Assembly: GCF_964204645.1 (NCBI RefSeq)
Contig: NC_134026.1
Location: forward strand, 7,153,950-7,217,949
Origin: Tubulanus polymorphus
Taxonomy: Eukaryota > Animalia > Nemertea
DNA: 64,000 bases
Direction: 5' to 3'
Shown here: positions 40,401 to 52,820 of the stretch, piece by piece
Position numbering within the stretch: position 1 is the first letter of the stretch
Layout: the number at the start of each line of letters is the position of its first letter
The notes under the pieces: model-generated
The model's database searches: none
What the model saw: the letters and a program-made list of their open reading frames with translations, nothing else
What the model was told of the DNA's origin: nothing
Program-made: the position numbers and the translations under genes

Positions 40401-43400
40401 CTCAGTGATTTCAACTATTCTGTAAAATTAGTTACTAATGATGATGACTTTCTCATTCTCGATAACTTTGACAATTCAGTAAAATTATGATTAGTTTCTG
40501 ATGACGATCTTCTCATCCTCAATGACTTCAACAATTCAGTGAAATTATGATCAGTTACTAATTAACGACCGTCTCATTCTCAGTGATTTCAACTATTCTG
40601 TAAAATTAGTTACTAATGATGATGACTTTCTCATTCTCGATAACTTTGACAATTCAGTAAAATTATGATTAGTTTCTGATGACGATCTTCTCATCCTCAA
40701 TGACTTCAACAATTCAGTGAAATTATGATCACTTACTAATTAACGACCGTCTCATTCTCAGTGATTTCAACTATTCAGTAGAATTAGTTACTAATGATGA
40801 TGACTTTCTCATTCTCGATAACTTTGACTATTCAGTAAAATTATGATTCGTTTCTGATGAAGGTCTTCTCATCCTCAATGACTTCAACAATTCAGTGAAA
40901 TTATGATCAGTTGCTAATTACGACCGTCTCATTCTCAGTGATTTCAACTATTCAGTGAAATTAGTTACTAATGATGATGACTTTCTCATTCTCAATAACT
41001 TTGACAATTCAGTAAAATTTTGATTAGTTTCTGATGAAGATCTTCTCATCCTCAATGACTTCAACAATTCAGTGAAATTATGTTGAGTTACTAATGACGA
41101 CATTCTCGTTGTCAATAACTTTTGACAATTGGGTAAAGCTATGATGACCATCTCATTCTCGATGACTTCAACAATGCAGTAATATTACGTTTAGTTCCTA
41201 ATGACAAACTTCTCATTCTCAATAACTATAAAGATTCAGTAAAATTATTATTGTTGGTAAATAGGATGAACTGATTCTCGATGGAGTCTAGAAGGAATCA
41301 TTCGTCGATTCATCGTAGACATATTTCGTGGTATAGAAATCATAATAGAATTATTGTAAAGCAGATTCCAGTAATGACGTATTTGAGGTTGAGCGAATGT
41401 GACACTCCTCTCTGACACCTGCTGCATAACACTTCATTTATCATCCAACTGAAATATACATGTGTTACAGCTTCAAGCATGGACAAATATTTTGTGTGAT
41501 TATTGTGAAACATTCGATGTCGGGATTCGTGATATCTCGCCCTGGATACCCTACACCCGAACCCCGGGCCACTCCACCCCTAAAATTGTCTTTTTTATTT
41601 TAATGTATCCTGATAAGAAAATAACGAAAGCCGAAGTGCTTGAAATACGGACATCGACTTACCTCGGAAGACAGGCCGTGTCTGTTACAAGATTCTGTAC
41701 TGATTAGCCAAATAAGGGGTCGGCCGACCGTGGTGTATGAGAGTTATACGTACACGAATAATCAATATATTGGATTTGTGAACATGCTGAAGTTATGTTA
41801 AATGTCTTTATAATTTAAGGTGGAGATGAATGTAAAACGCAAGAAATGGTTAGTCAATTGTTAGAAGATGCGATGGAAAGCGAAGTTCACAGTAAAATTG
41901 ATCATATTGACTACAGGTAATACCTCAATAATTCCGAGCAAATTAAAAAAGAGTCTTGAGGCCTAGTGGCGCATTTGTTACTTAATCTGACAAGTCTTGA
42001 TGTTAAGTTAGTTATAGAACAAAGAAGGGCTTTGACTTATCATAAGAGGCTCAGGGTATTTTCTTTTAAAATCTGACTGATCTTTGAATATTAAATTGGC
42101 AGCTATAGAAACAAATATGGTGACTGGTATAGACTGTGTTTAGCTGATTCCTGGAGACTGTACTTATGATCGTATTTTCTTTGTATTTCGCAGCTCTAAA
42201 GAATGCGATCGCTACGGTTTCTATAAACCCATGTTCGACCTGGAAGACGATGCAGTTTTAGCTCGCGCGAAGCAGTTAGAACGGAACGCCGATGAAATCA
42301 CAAAAACAATCACGGTAAGCTTATCGCTTATCTCTGATTCTTCGGGTCTACCAAAAAATTTTGAAATCAGTTGATTATCAGTTTTTCGGTGCCTTCAACG
42401 CTTCACCCAATAATTGCTTTAAATTCTTGAAGAAGTTAATTTTTCATTTTATTCACCTAGTAAAATTGCAAAACTGATGATATACAGTAATTAACACCAG
42501 AAATTTGTGGGGCACTCAAATAACCACCTTGTAGTGTAATGGAGTGCCGAGTTATAGATATTGTCCCATGAATAAAAACCCAGAGTAGATTTGTAGAAAA
42601 AGTTTATTTCCTAACGGTTTCGAGGTTAAAACTAAACCTCATCTTCAGGGGAACAAAAAAAAATTATACAAATCTACTGTGGGTTTTTATTCGTTAACTA
42701 TACTGAGATTTAGATCAGTTCACTACAGTCATTGTCATCTCTTTGTCAACATTGACACTTAATCATTTCATTCTCTGCTCATGAGAATTCAGTTTTCATT
42801 GCAGCAATTGCTCAGATTGGTTTAATTAGAATAATTGGACGTATTTAAAAACCTGATTCATATCACTTCAACTAATTGTATCTACCGGGTATATCTATGA
42901 AATTGAATTGTTAGGTATGATTTGAAAAGCTGCAATTTTCCATTGAATGCCTGGATAAATCAACTGAAATCGACTTCAAAATTTTGGTATTGATCAAACC
43001 TATTCATTCAAATTTGAACATCTGATGAATTTAACTGTATATGTGGCATATAATAACTAGAATTCATTTGTGTGTTGAATTGACACTCATGTGCAGAGCC
43101 TGAATGATAGCGTCAATACGCTTGACACATACAGTGAAAATTTGTCATTTTATCAAGTAAAAACCCACAATTGATATTAAAACGTTTATTGCCTGATAGT
43201 TTCGGAGTTTAACTCACCTCCATCATGAGAGAAACCCTAAATGATATAATAATGAATTACAGTAATTTAAAAGTACAGTTGTTTGATCTTAAAATAGGGA
43301 TTGTCCCCGTTATTTATTTATCTGGTTGGTAAAGTTCGTTTGATTTTTCGATTGAGTGTCCCTTACAGACCCACCACACCTGCCGGGAGCGAAACAGGGG

Positions 43401-46400
43401 GTTTGATTTTGAAATTGGAAATTGAAATACAGGCATAGTTGTGTGATCGGCGGTCGAGTTAACAGAATTTTTTTTTTAAACGGAGTACATAATTGGAAAT
43501 TCGGTTCCGGTTCATCCAAACAGTCTTCCATTCAGTCTGAACCGGCAAGTGACTGATTGGGAAGTACAGCTGTACCGAGTAAGGATATTACTGCAATTCA
43601 TTATTCTATCATTTTGGTTTCTTTGATGGTGGAGTTTAGATAAACTCTGTAACTGTCAGACAATAAACAGTATAATATCAACGGTGGGTTTTCACAATGG
43701 AACCTAGATACAGTGAACTTCATAGGGCCAGAAAATCTGTTGGTTATAACTGAAAGTTCGTTTTATCCAGAATAACAATTATCGAAATCTTCCTATTTTG
43801 GATAATAATCGTGTTATTGGATGTCTTGTAAACGAGGTTCCACTATACTTGTAAATTCTAAATACAAAAACTGAGATTGATAACAGTCTTCCAGTCTTGT
43901 CAAATTGTATCGACGATTTATCCAAATGACAACTTTAGATCTTGTGTGGATTGATTCGGAAATAATGTTTAGGGCCAAAAAATAAGAGATGTCTTCAGTA
44001 ATGTGATGAGCACTTAGTCAAGTGTGACTTTACCTGACTACGACCACTATTAAGAGTAGTTTCTACTCTTTTTAAGACCTCAACTACTGCCAAAAATATC
44101 AAAATATTCTCAAAATCGGAATAATTTCTTGTTCTAGTTTGATATAAAATTACTCTCATTTGTGTTAGAAAATTACTACAATCAAGAGATATCAGACAGT
44201 CTGATCTGCTGTGTGAATATTAAAACCTGTATTTTAAAATCTGTATTTCTGGACGGTTTTGTCATATTTTCAGGATCAAGAATCTGAGACGTCCGTGAGG
44301 GTGAAGTGGGAGAATTACTTTGTTAGTTTAGGAATTAAAGAGATGACTCCGAGTCTAGAACTGAAGACTTTAATTCGCTCAGGAGTTCCATATGAATATA
44401 AAGAGAAAGTCTGGAAAGGGTAAGAGTCTGACTTCAATAATCGGAAATATGCGAGTTTATGTTGGCGCCATAGGCCTCAGGGCTGGTTGCTTAGTCGCAG
44501 CTTAGACTTACGACCAGTCCAAAACTAACTTAGTTCTATAGCCAATCTAACAACTTACTTAGACTCTTAAGATATAGGACCACTTTCAGACTTAAGTCAT
44601 GATTGTGCAACTGGCCGCGGGACCCGTTCTTCAGTGAAGTTTGACTCAAAATAATTGGCTCTGGAGTCGAATTCTAACTGAGAACTGTGGAACCAGCTCA
44701 ATTCAACACATATGAATTCAAACTACAACTTTTAACTTTCTCTTTTTTAACTTTTGAACAAAATTTTTAAATCTCTAACTCTGTCAGAATGTAACGTACA
44801 ATACTGTATGTCAGGAGGGCAAGGATTGAGTTCCTGAAGAATTGTCTAATAGTCTGTGTATTATCGTTTTAGGTGTATAAACATGAGAATTGGTAAATAT
44901 AAAGAGATGTACGGACCGTGTTATTATTCAAATATTCTATCATCAAAACTCAGACAGAGTAAACACAATCCAGCCGCGAAACAGGTACCGGTTTTATTAT
45001 TATATTCACAGCTTACTGTCCAGTTACACAGTTTCCTTATAGATTTGATTTCAGGTTGAAACCGCTTCTCAACAACTCTTCTCTTTTATGATAGTAAAAG
45101 AATGATAATAATCTTATCTACCGTTCTGGATTATGATTTTACAATGGTGATACATATGCATAATTTCAAATCGGAGGGACGCGTAAAGAAACGTATAAAT
45201 GATTACAAGAGCTTCATGCAACCTTCATAGACCCAATCAAACTCTCTTTCACACCACACACAGAAGTATCTATGAGTCAGATGGCAGAAACTAGCAAAAT
45301 ATTAATTAATCAATAATTGTAATAGACTGGTTTTGAATCGAAGCCTTAACTGTACAGCTGGGCCTTGTTGGTTATTCACGGCAAGTAATTCATTCTTTTT
45401 AATTTTTACTTCAGATCGAGCTGGATCTATTGAGAACGTTACCCAATAATAAACACTATGAGACTCTTAGTTCTGAAGGTATCCCTCGACTAAGGAGGAT
45501 ACTTCTAGCTTACAGTTGGCATAATCCACTAATTGGTTACTGTCAGGTATGTACAGTGTTTTCATAACTCGGTCCTCCATATATAGATATATAGATATCG
45601 CTTCAAACCTCTGTAAATCTTTAGAAATTAAAGAACTACAATTTTTAGAGTCAATGTTAATTGAGTCCTGAACCTGGATTCTCGGCTCTACTCAAGTTAA
45701 AGATCTACGTAGCTCAGATTCATACATCATTAGTAGATCTGAAAACTCTGGACCAGGGTGTTTTTATGAAACAGATCCCAGTTCCACAGTTCTCGATCAA
45801 ATTTTGACCCTAAGGTTAAATTCATTGGAAACAAACTGATTTCATCTCCTGTGTCCTGTGACATTGTTGTTCTGATTCTTTGGTATTCTTGATATGAAAT
45901 ATTTGGTTTGTGTTTTTGATGTAGGGTTTGAATCGATTGGTAGCTATAGCTCTGCTATTCCTCAATGAAGAAGATGCGTTCTGGTGTCTGGTTACAATAG
46001 CAGATTACATTATGCCTCAAGATTATTACAGTAAAACATTAGTCGCGTCTCAAGCTGACCAGGTAAAAATCTCGATGAAATAGTTCATTTGTGCAAGGAC
46101 AGATAGACTCAGGGTCTTAGGGTGTTATTCTGTGGATTGAGCTGAAAATACTTATGGAAGTTTTCCAAGAACCACGAATCAAGCCCATACTGTACACAAA
46201 TTAGTCTATAAGTCTAGAAAAAGGATATTTTAGCTAGTTCCAAAACCACTCATGTTGAGCATACAAAAATAAACTTTTACACAATGAATGATATCATGAA
46301 ACATGAAAAATGACATCCAAAGCATCTTTAGATACACTGCAGTTCAAAAAGACACTTAAGAAGTCAATTGTTTCAGGCACATTATAAATAATGATATTCC

Positions 46401-48667
46401 ATCCTGTGGAGCGCATGAGAAGTGTTTCTATAGGATTTTTGCGCTATCGAAATGCTATTTATTATTTCTATTGGCATTATGAATAACAATATGAACTAAC
46501 AATAGCTACCTATATTATAAACCGTTGTGGGCACGAATCCCTAAATATCGATAGAGTTTATGATAGCTGTGTATCTTTACAAGGGACTAACTACAGTGGA
46601 ACCTCGTTGCAGCGAACTTCATGGGACCAGTAAATATGTTCGTTATATCCAGTATGAAATTAGTTAAACCTTTTTACTTTGGACGAAATTCTATATTTGT
46701 TATATCTGATGAATCGTTGTATCTGAGTTTGTTATTATGAGGTTCCACTGTATTACTGCCCAGTACTCTCTGAATCGCCTGTGTAAGTTACTCCTGTAGA
46801 AAGAAATACCTTTAATCAGCTAGAGTTAATATTGTGTATTCTGTATTATTTGCAGCGAGTTTTGAAAGATTTGTTAGCGGAGAAGTTGCCTAGAATCGAC
46901 GGTCACCTCGAACAGTTAGAGGTTGATGTTACGCTGTTCACATTCAACTGGTTCCTCACAATCTACGTAGATAACATTCCAGCGGAAACATTCCTCAGAA
47001 TATGGGATGCTTTTCTCTATGAAGGTCGCAAGGTAGATTTTGTCTTCTGGAGCCAGTTCGGCAAATCACTGATGAAACACTCTTGAGTCTGTGTAGTAAT
47101 AATAAGATAGAACATCCCCACTCAGAAAGAAAAAGGTCCAAATTGGTTTCCTTTAGTGACTGGTAGCGCTAAGTTACCTTAAGATATAGTTGAAACATCA
47201 AAGACAAATCATTAGCCAGGGGCGTTGGAAGCAATTTTTGATTGCCGCAGCCAAATGCTGATTTTGGACAGGTTTTAAATATTGCATCGGCGAATTTACT
47301 TAATTTCTTCAAAAATGTGGTATTCAAAGAAAAAAAAATGTCATTAGTAAATTATTGCCGCGGCTTTTGCCGCTGCAGTCGCTGCACTTCCAACGCCACT
47401 GTTAGCACTAAAGAAAACCCTCTCAGATTCGTTCCTCTCTGAATGTTGGATCTTTTCTGTATATTTTCTGGGTAAAATTTCACTCTACAGTTATAGGATT
47501 GTAAATTAACTAATCTTAACTCTTCATAGTCTCTGATAATGAACTCTGACATTATCGCGTTGATATTTGTTTCAGGTTTTATTTCGTTTCGCAATCGCGT
47601 TTTTCAAATATTGTGAAGATGAAATTCTCGCTCAGCGCGATCAGTTGATGGCTCATAATTTCTTGCGGAATATGGGAGAAAGAATGACGGACACGCGACG
47701 TTTGACACAGGTACGAACAAATAATTAGTGGGGATTCAATTAAATCTCAAATATGAAATTTTTATTTATGCCCTTTCGTCAGAAAGCTGTTTGTAAATTT
47801 TCGTCAAACTTCGTCGTCTTTAAACCCAGTAAAAATACTGTCCTTGGTTCTTTCAATAACGTAAACAATGTAATTATAGACTGGTTATAAGACAGCGAGT
47901 ACATTGACCGACCATGAAACCTAAACCTTCAAATCAGCCCCCCATGCGTGCATGCATTATACAGTTTCGTGCTTCATAGCTCTTATGGCGTAGACCCAAA
48001 AACTATGATAATTCGCGTCAGTGGTTGAATGGTTTTTGGCATTCGTTTTTATTGCAGATTGCGTTCCATGACTTAAATCCTTTCCCGATGAGAAACATAA
48101 ACAATAAACGTAACGTTCATTTGATACAAGTTCGGGTGAGTGACACTTTTCAATTTTACAGTTTTTGATTAACATTTTAGAATCTATGGTTGAGAGGTTT
48201 GACATAATTGGATATATTTTCCGTAATATATTTAATAACCCTAGTGTGTAATGAACATTTCAACAGTTGATGATATGAAAAATTTATTTTTCTGAGAGTT
48301 TTGAGATTTAAATCCCATCTATTCCTCAACAAAACAGTAATGAATGTTAATTATTGTTTCTCTGAAGATGAGATTAAGATAGATTCTGAAAATTTTAGAA
48401 AACAGGTACACTACAGTATTGAGATCATAGATTGGTGGATGTTCATTTCTTTTCTCTATCGAGAATACATCAGTTCATATCCACCAGAATATCAGGATTT
48501 ACAGGGTACATCTCTCTTTGTAGAAATGGATGTTAATTTAGTGAATGTTATTTATAATATTTCAGGGTGAATTAGAGGAACTCGATGCGTTGAGGGAGGA
48601 TTTCCGTACGACGCATAAAGATTCACATTATAATGATGACAACTGGTTGGATGATGACGACGATTAA
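31470..48667 (+). CDS. TBC1D2B: TBC1 domain family member 2/2B-like Rab GTPase-activating protein (PH, coiled coil, TBC); 19 exons, 1058 aa
   Basis: Exons, all GT-AG with consistent phases and totalling 3177 nt: 31470-32005, 32570-32714, 33216-33453, 33901-34241, 34575-34702, 35529-35669, 36782-36998, 37788-37894, 37975-38060, 41820-41916, 42194-42314, 44274-44419, 44873-44984, 45415-45546, 45925-46062, 46856-47032, 47576-47710, 48058-48135, 48566-48667. PH domain motif LCGYLSKL..FKTRWFVY. Family motifs AYEIQNKFLN and VKWENYF. Catalytic IELDLLRT and GYCQG are intact. Probably the invertebrate co-orthologue of TBC1D2 and TBC1D2B. Confidence 0.93.
32881..33071 (+). mobile_element. tRNA-derived SINE-like element
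   Basis: A box TGGCCGAGTGG, B box GGTTCAAACC, no cloverleaf, A-rich tail. Confidence 0.55.
35125..35453 (+). mobile_element. tRNA-derived SINE with conserved central domain and L2-type tail
   Basis: A box TGGCCAAGTGG and B box GGTTCGATCC. Central GACACTTATCTTCATTGCCTCTCTTCGCCCAGGAGTAAATGGGTACC resembles CORE/Meta-type SINE domains. The 3' end reads AAGTGCTCTGAG..GCGCTATAT..(ATT)n. A similar tail fragment lies at ~46405-46472. Confidence 0.7.
36495..36706. mobile_element. Near-perfect 212-bp palindrome carrying a minimal hammerhead core on each strand
   Basis: Perfect 66-bp inner arms (36534-36599 and 36608-36673) with an 8-nt loop, and perfect ~32-bp outer arms. Each arm reads CAC-CTGATGA-A-GCTTCTA-ttcat-TAGAAGC-GAAA-GCTC-GTG. 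Confidence 0.8.
37040..37213. mobile_element. Tc1/mariner (pogo/Tigger-like) MITE, diverged copy
   Basis: CAGTGGGACCTCG...CGAGGTTCAACTG; internal sequence matches the copy at 46594-46750. Confidence 0.75.
38432..38670 (-). mobile_element. Decayed Penelope-like repeat with ~4 tandem hammerhead remnants
   Basis: Repeated AACGTTT.AACTCAATTCTATGAGCCATTTT is the reverse complement of a decayed CTGAAGATGRCTCATAGAATTGAGTCGAAACGTT. The AACCCACAATAAA end is shared with the other copies. Confidence 0.5.
39379..40135 (+). CDS. Putative alternative exon of the TBC1D2B-like gene (alternative first exon or cassette)
   Basis: An uninterrupted 252-codon reading frame in intron 9 ends at donor ACAG|GTAACA in phase 1. 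This is the phase needed by the exon at 41820. The protein is hydrophilic with a C-terminal heptad-like stretch and no recognisable domain. Confidence 0.6.
40186..41250. repeat. Higher-order minisatellite: 177-178-bp unit made of three related 57-61-bp monomers
   Basis: Unit starts (TTATGATCAG-type) at 40191, 40368, 40545, 40723, 40901 and 41078, followed by degenerate monomers to ~41250. Confidence 0.95.
42568..42694 (-). mobile_element. Inverted-repeat element enclosing one hammerhead-like motif
   Basis: Arms GAATAAAAACCCAGAGTAGATTTGTA / TACAAATCTACTGTGGGTTTTTATTC. The minus strand at 42606-42654 reads TTCCC-CTGAAGA-T-GAGGTT-tagtttt-AACCTC-GAAA-CCGTTA-GGAAA. Confidence 0.6.
43157..43694. 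mobile_element. Old palindromic Penelope-like element interrupted by another repeat
   Basis: Arms at ~43157-43270 and ~43585-43694 are diverged inverted copies, each with a decayed CTGATGA-T-GGAG..CTCC-GAAAC..TC motif. The centre holds the 43284-43515 dispersed repeat. Confidence 0.55.
43695..43845. mobile_element. Tc1/mariner-type MITE, diverged copy
   Basis: CAATGGAACCT...CGAGGTTCCACTA; same family as 46594-46750. Confidence 0.7.
46594..46750. mobile_element. Tc1/mariner (pogo/Tigger-like) MITE
   Basis: TA-CAGTGGAACCTC ... GAGGTTCCACTG-TA: perfect 12-bp TIR with TA target duplication. Confidence 0.85.
47217..47401. mobile_element. hAT-like MITE with 5-bp TSD
   Basis: TIRs CAGGGGCGTTGGAAG / CTTCCAACGCCACTG with TTAGC on both flanks; second copy at 60059-60263. 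Confidence 0.85.
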
Positions 48668-49609
48668 AGAATGGGAGATGGGAAAGGTGTGAAAGTGTGA
48701 TTACAATGAAGATGTGTGTGGATGCGTGAAATATGTATTATTTCTATGTAGATTTGAATAATTAGAAGAAGAATTTTGTAAAATAATGTAAAATATATTC
48801 ATGTTGCTGGTGATCGATTAAGATAGAGTCAGGTAAAAATCAGAAACATTTAACTTAAGATTTTTGTACTTATTTCAATCTTATCCGAGAACGTTTTACT
48901 TACATGTATGTATCAGTTGAGCTTTTTAAGATTTAGGATTAGGGTAAGACTTGACTGTTTTAAAAATAGATTCGAACTCCGAAGAATTATCTTAAGATGC
49001 GATCGCACAAACGTTTTTGAAGAGTTCCAGATGAGGCCAGGGTCACACTGGTGCCAAGTTTGGCTCGAGCCTGATCGCGGCTTCATTATTTGACTCAGGC
49101 AAAATTTGACTCGTTTCTGGGCTGGGCTGAATCAACTGTGTGTGATCACCATCCTAATTGTCTCGTGTGGAACTATGTCGGGTTGAATGGTATCTGTGTT
49201 AATCTAGTTGGACATGAATCAAGTGTAAATACAACAGACAAATCATCAATCTAATTGTTATCTATGGAACTATTGTAGCTCTAGTCTGGTCTTCAAAATT
49301 GTACAATCATTTCATGCAATCTGATTTACAGTCAAGAGATACTGAAAGCATTTGTTTATTTATGTTGCTATGTTAAACTTAAAATTTTATATGATGTTTC
49401 GATTCAAATCTGTTTGAATTCATGAAAGTATTTTCGTTGTAAGATTCCTTGTTATGACTTTGCGTTTAGGTTTGATTTAATGGATCTTCATTAAAAAAAT
49501 GGAATTAGGATGATGTAGGCCTATATTAATTGAGAATTTGCCAGAAATCCGGTAAAACTTTGGTATTCTGCGCTGTAAGGAGGTTATGTACGGATTGTTT
49601 CCGTGTTGT

Positions 49610-49849
49610 CAGGGTCCATTCTAAGCACTTGTCCGATTGCCCGAGACAAGTATATTATCATTAGGGCAAGTAGGTTATCGTTATCACTTCTCCCCAGGCT
49701 AGTGTGTTTTTATATCTCGAAGCCATTTCCCAATCGATACATCAGTTGGACCGCCTGTGTAGGGCAAGTGGATATTTGAGGGGGCAAGTAAAATTTCAGA
49801 TATACTTGCCCCCCGGGCAAGTGGTTTTTATTCCTTAGATCGGCCCCTG
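49610..49849. mobile_element. hAT-like MITE with 5-bp TSD
   Basis: TIRs CAGGGTCCATTCTAAG / CTTAGATCGGCCCCTG with GTTGT on both flanks; subterminal GGGCAAGT repeats. Confidence 0.8.
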
Positions 49850-51499
49850 GTTGTCCGTTGAATGGCCGCCATTCTTACTTCAGTTAGCCGCTGTCAATTT
49901 TGGCACTGTGACATCATGTATATAACCTCTAGGTGGCACTTTGCCCATTATGTGTAATGATTATGGCTATGTGCCCAATATATTATGGCTAGGTGCCTGA
50001 TGGCTGTATGTATTCTATCAACATCACTGTGTGCAATGTTTATATACTCTGTATTATATTAATGTTTAAAATTATGACCAGTTACGAATGGTTATTTCCA
50101 AAAATGGTCTCAAGTCTGGACTCTGTGACAACGTCAAAGCCCAGTCTCATAAATAATTCTAACTCACTCCAGATGAAAGTAAATTGAATTAATCAAATAT
50201 CAGGTTGATTTCTAAAACTGCAGAAACTGAAGATATGGTTTATCTCCTTCCCAATTAAAACTCTTCACCTAATTTGCTACTTGAAAAAACTCGAGTTTTC
50301 AAATTAAAGTTTTTTTTAACCCTCATTTGAAGTAGTTTTGAAATTGTATAAAAACTTGAACATGTATTACTGATAAATGGTGCTTCATGTGAATTATTAT
50401 TCATTCTAGTCTTTCAATAAAAACATGAATTCATTGAAATTTTGCTGTAAAATGGTAAAATCGTTTTACAATCAAAAACAAAGCGAAAACAGATTGAAAT
50501 AAAAACAAATATTAATGAATTTTTGAACGTATTTACAATTTTATTGTTGAAAGAATAACGTGAAATTAACACTGAGTAAAACTGACAATCATCAGCAGAA
50601 CTGACAATCACCAAAAGGATTGGCAATCAACAGAACTGACAATCATTAGCAGGATTTTCTGGTTGTTTCTACATGTTCATGTCTCTGGAACGAGCACGAA
50701 GGCAGAGCCTTTTCAGCAGTTTAAGTTTAAAGTTGACTTCAAAGTTATCTTCTAATCAAAAATGAACTAACTGAATTCAGCTAAGAACCATGGAACCAGT
50801 CTGCTGGTGTGTTGAGTCTGATATATCATTAATGTGGTAAGCACAGACACATGTTAGCTAGCGGTGGTTGCCAGATGACGCCTTCATGTTTTAATGTAAA
50901 CTGTTTAAACGTCATGTTGTCCATTTTTTCACCGGTAGCTGATTTACATTCTATATACATTCCTAATTCATTCCTCGGTGCTCGACTTATACTACGAGAC
51001 CAATCGGGATCCTCTATGTTCAACATCTCGCGGATACTTTTTGCGATCAACTGAAAATAAAGCAGCCATTGAGTTAGAACTACTAAATCTCTCCACAGTT
51101 CTACTAGAGTACCAGTACTCTAGTACTGGTACTCTAGAAGACCCAGTTCCACAGATCTGGACCAAGTTCACGGTTATCATTTCCCAACTCTGCAATCAAA
51201 TCTAGGAACTTGATCCAGGTCCATAAGTCTCTTAATTAATTCATTATCATGCGCCTTATGGCATTAAACCAACTCAAACAAATACATAGGGAAGTGATTA
51301 TTTAGCCGACTTCTGAACGCTATTTTGCCGGATCCATATATTATGTATCAATAAAATCATTTTATTGGGTTTAGGGTTAGGGTCTTGATGGGGTTAGTGT
51401 CGAGAGGGTGAGAAGAGTGTCCAGAGGGTTCCGTTTCACAACTAGGGATAGGGTTGGGTAAGGTGAGGCTATATGTAGTTAAAACATTCGGGTGGTTTT

Positions 51500-51588
51500 C
51501 AGCGAGCTCTGTGGTCTGAATGGGGAGACGCTGCGCTAGTAGTTTACTGGCCCGGGTTCGAGCCTCGCTCTATCCGCTCTATTTTCTC
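51500..51588 (+). mobile_element. tRNA-derived SINE head or Pol III-like remnant
   Basis: A-box-like TGGTCTGAATGG and B box GGTTCGAGCC; no cloverleaf. Confidence 0.35.
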
Positions 51589-52612
51589 AACTTCTGTTCT
51601 CCACCCTTCCTTCGAATTTTCCGAAGTCGCACACATACGCATGCGCGGAGTAAACCAGCCAATTAGAGACGATATCCGGCAAAATAGCGTTCAGAAGGTA
51701 AAATAACTACTGCCAATAATAAAGCATAAGCGGATCTTGAACCCTTATTTTGTTTGTTTGTTTGTTTTTGCTTTATGTCATTTCGATCATGCTTGGTTTC
51801 CAAAGACTGAGCCCTATTCACTTTGAAGTATTGCCCGTACGCTCTCATATTGAGACAGCTGGCTGAAATAATGTGGAGGGAACAAGCAGTTTTAACACCA
51901 GTTAATCTTCTTAGGGCGAACCTTTGACTGGAACAGCAGCTAAGCTATGTGGTAGAACAAGAAGACATGGAGAAACTGAACTCATGAATTTTACCTTTAT
52001 GTGGTCAAAGTCTGTTATTCCTAATCTGGGTAGAGCCGAGGCATCAACTTTAATCAATTTTCTCCCATTTACCATATTTGTTAAGAAACAATTCTGAAAT
52101 ACAGAAGTGATAAAGAAATTAGCCTAAATAATTACTATTATCAAGAAGAGCATTACACCAAAAGAAAACAGATGGATACTGGATGATCTGAGCTACAGTT
52201 CATCCCAAATATGAACTACCCCCCCCCCCCCCAAAAAAAAAAACTGCCTGCGCTGCACACCGGCACATCGGCGTCACTGACACTGGCGTATACTCACTCT
52301 ATAACACGGGAACCCTAATTGTTCTATCCAATCAGCAACATCATTTTCAGACCAATATAAACAACTGGGAACTCTGTCATCTTTCAGATCATCGATTGTC
52401 GAACTACGGGACATATTCGCGATTCAAAAACTGTCGTGAAAGTTTTTGACTTAAACCCGGAAGCAGAAATTTGTTTACATCCGTAGCCAAGCAGGTGCGA
52501 GAGACCGTTCGGACACCGATACGGCTTGTGGCGGCAGCACTCTACAGTCCCCTAGCGGAATCTCTATGAACTAATGTAACTTGCGGGCTGGTGCGAAATC
52601 ACACTCCTATCA

Positions 52613-52820
52613 GTTGTAGATTAATGTAAAAACGATAATCTGTAAATCCAGTGTCTATGATGTTATTTTGAGGCTGGGAGTTTCTGTCTTATCCAATCCA
52701 CTACGCACGATCATAGCCCAATTGTAAACCTCGAGGATAGGATAAACAGACACTGGCATTCTCGAATGAGATAAATTATAGATACTGGATTAACAGATTA
52801 TCCTTTTACACTACCTACTA
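52613..52820. mobile_element. Foldback MITE-like inverted repeat
   Basis: Arms TGTAAAAACGATAATCTGTAAATCCAGTGTCTAT / ATAGATACTGGATTAACAGATTATCCTTTTACA, plus inner TCTGTCTTATCC / GGATAAACAGA. Confidence 0.6.

Noticed and set aside
40186-41250. CTGATGA and GAAA in each satellite unit, suggesting a hammerhead satellite
   Set aside because: The sequence between the boxes cannot form stem II, and there is no stem III palindrome or stem I pairing.
51367-51470. GGGTTTAGGGTTAGGG telomere-like or G-quadruplex-like tract
   Set aside because: Only about two units; such motifs are common in interspersed repeats and do not indicate an interstitial telomere.
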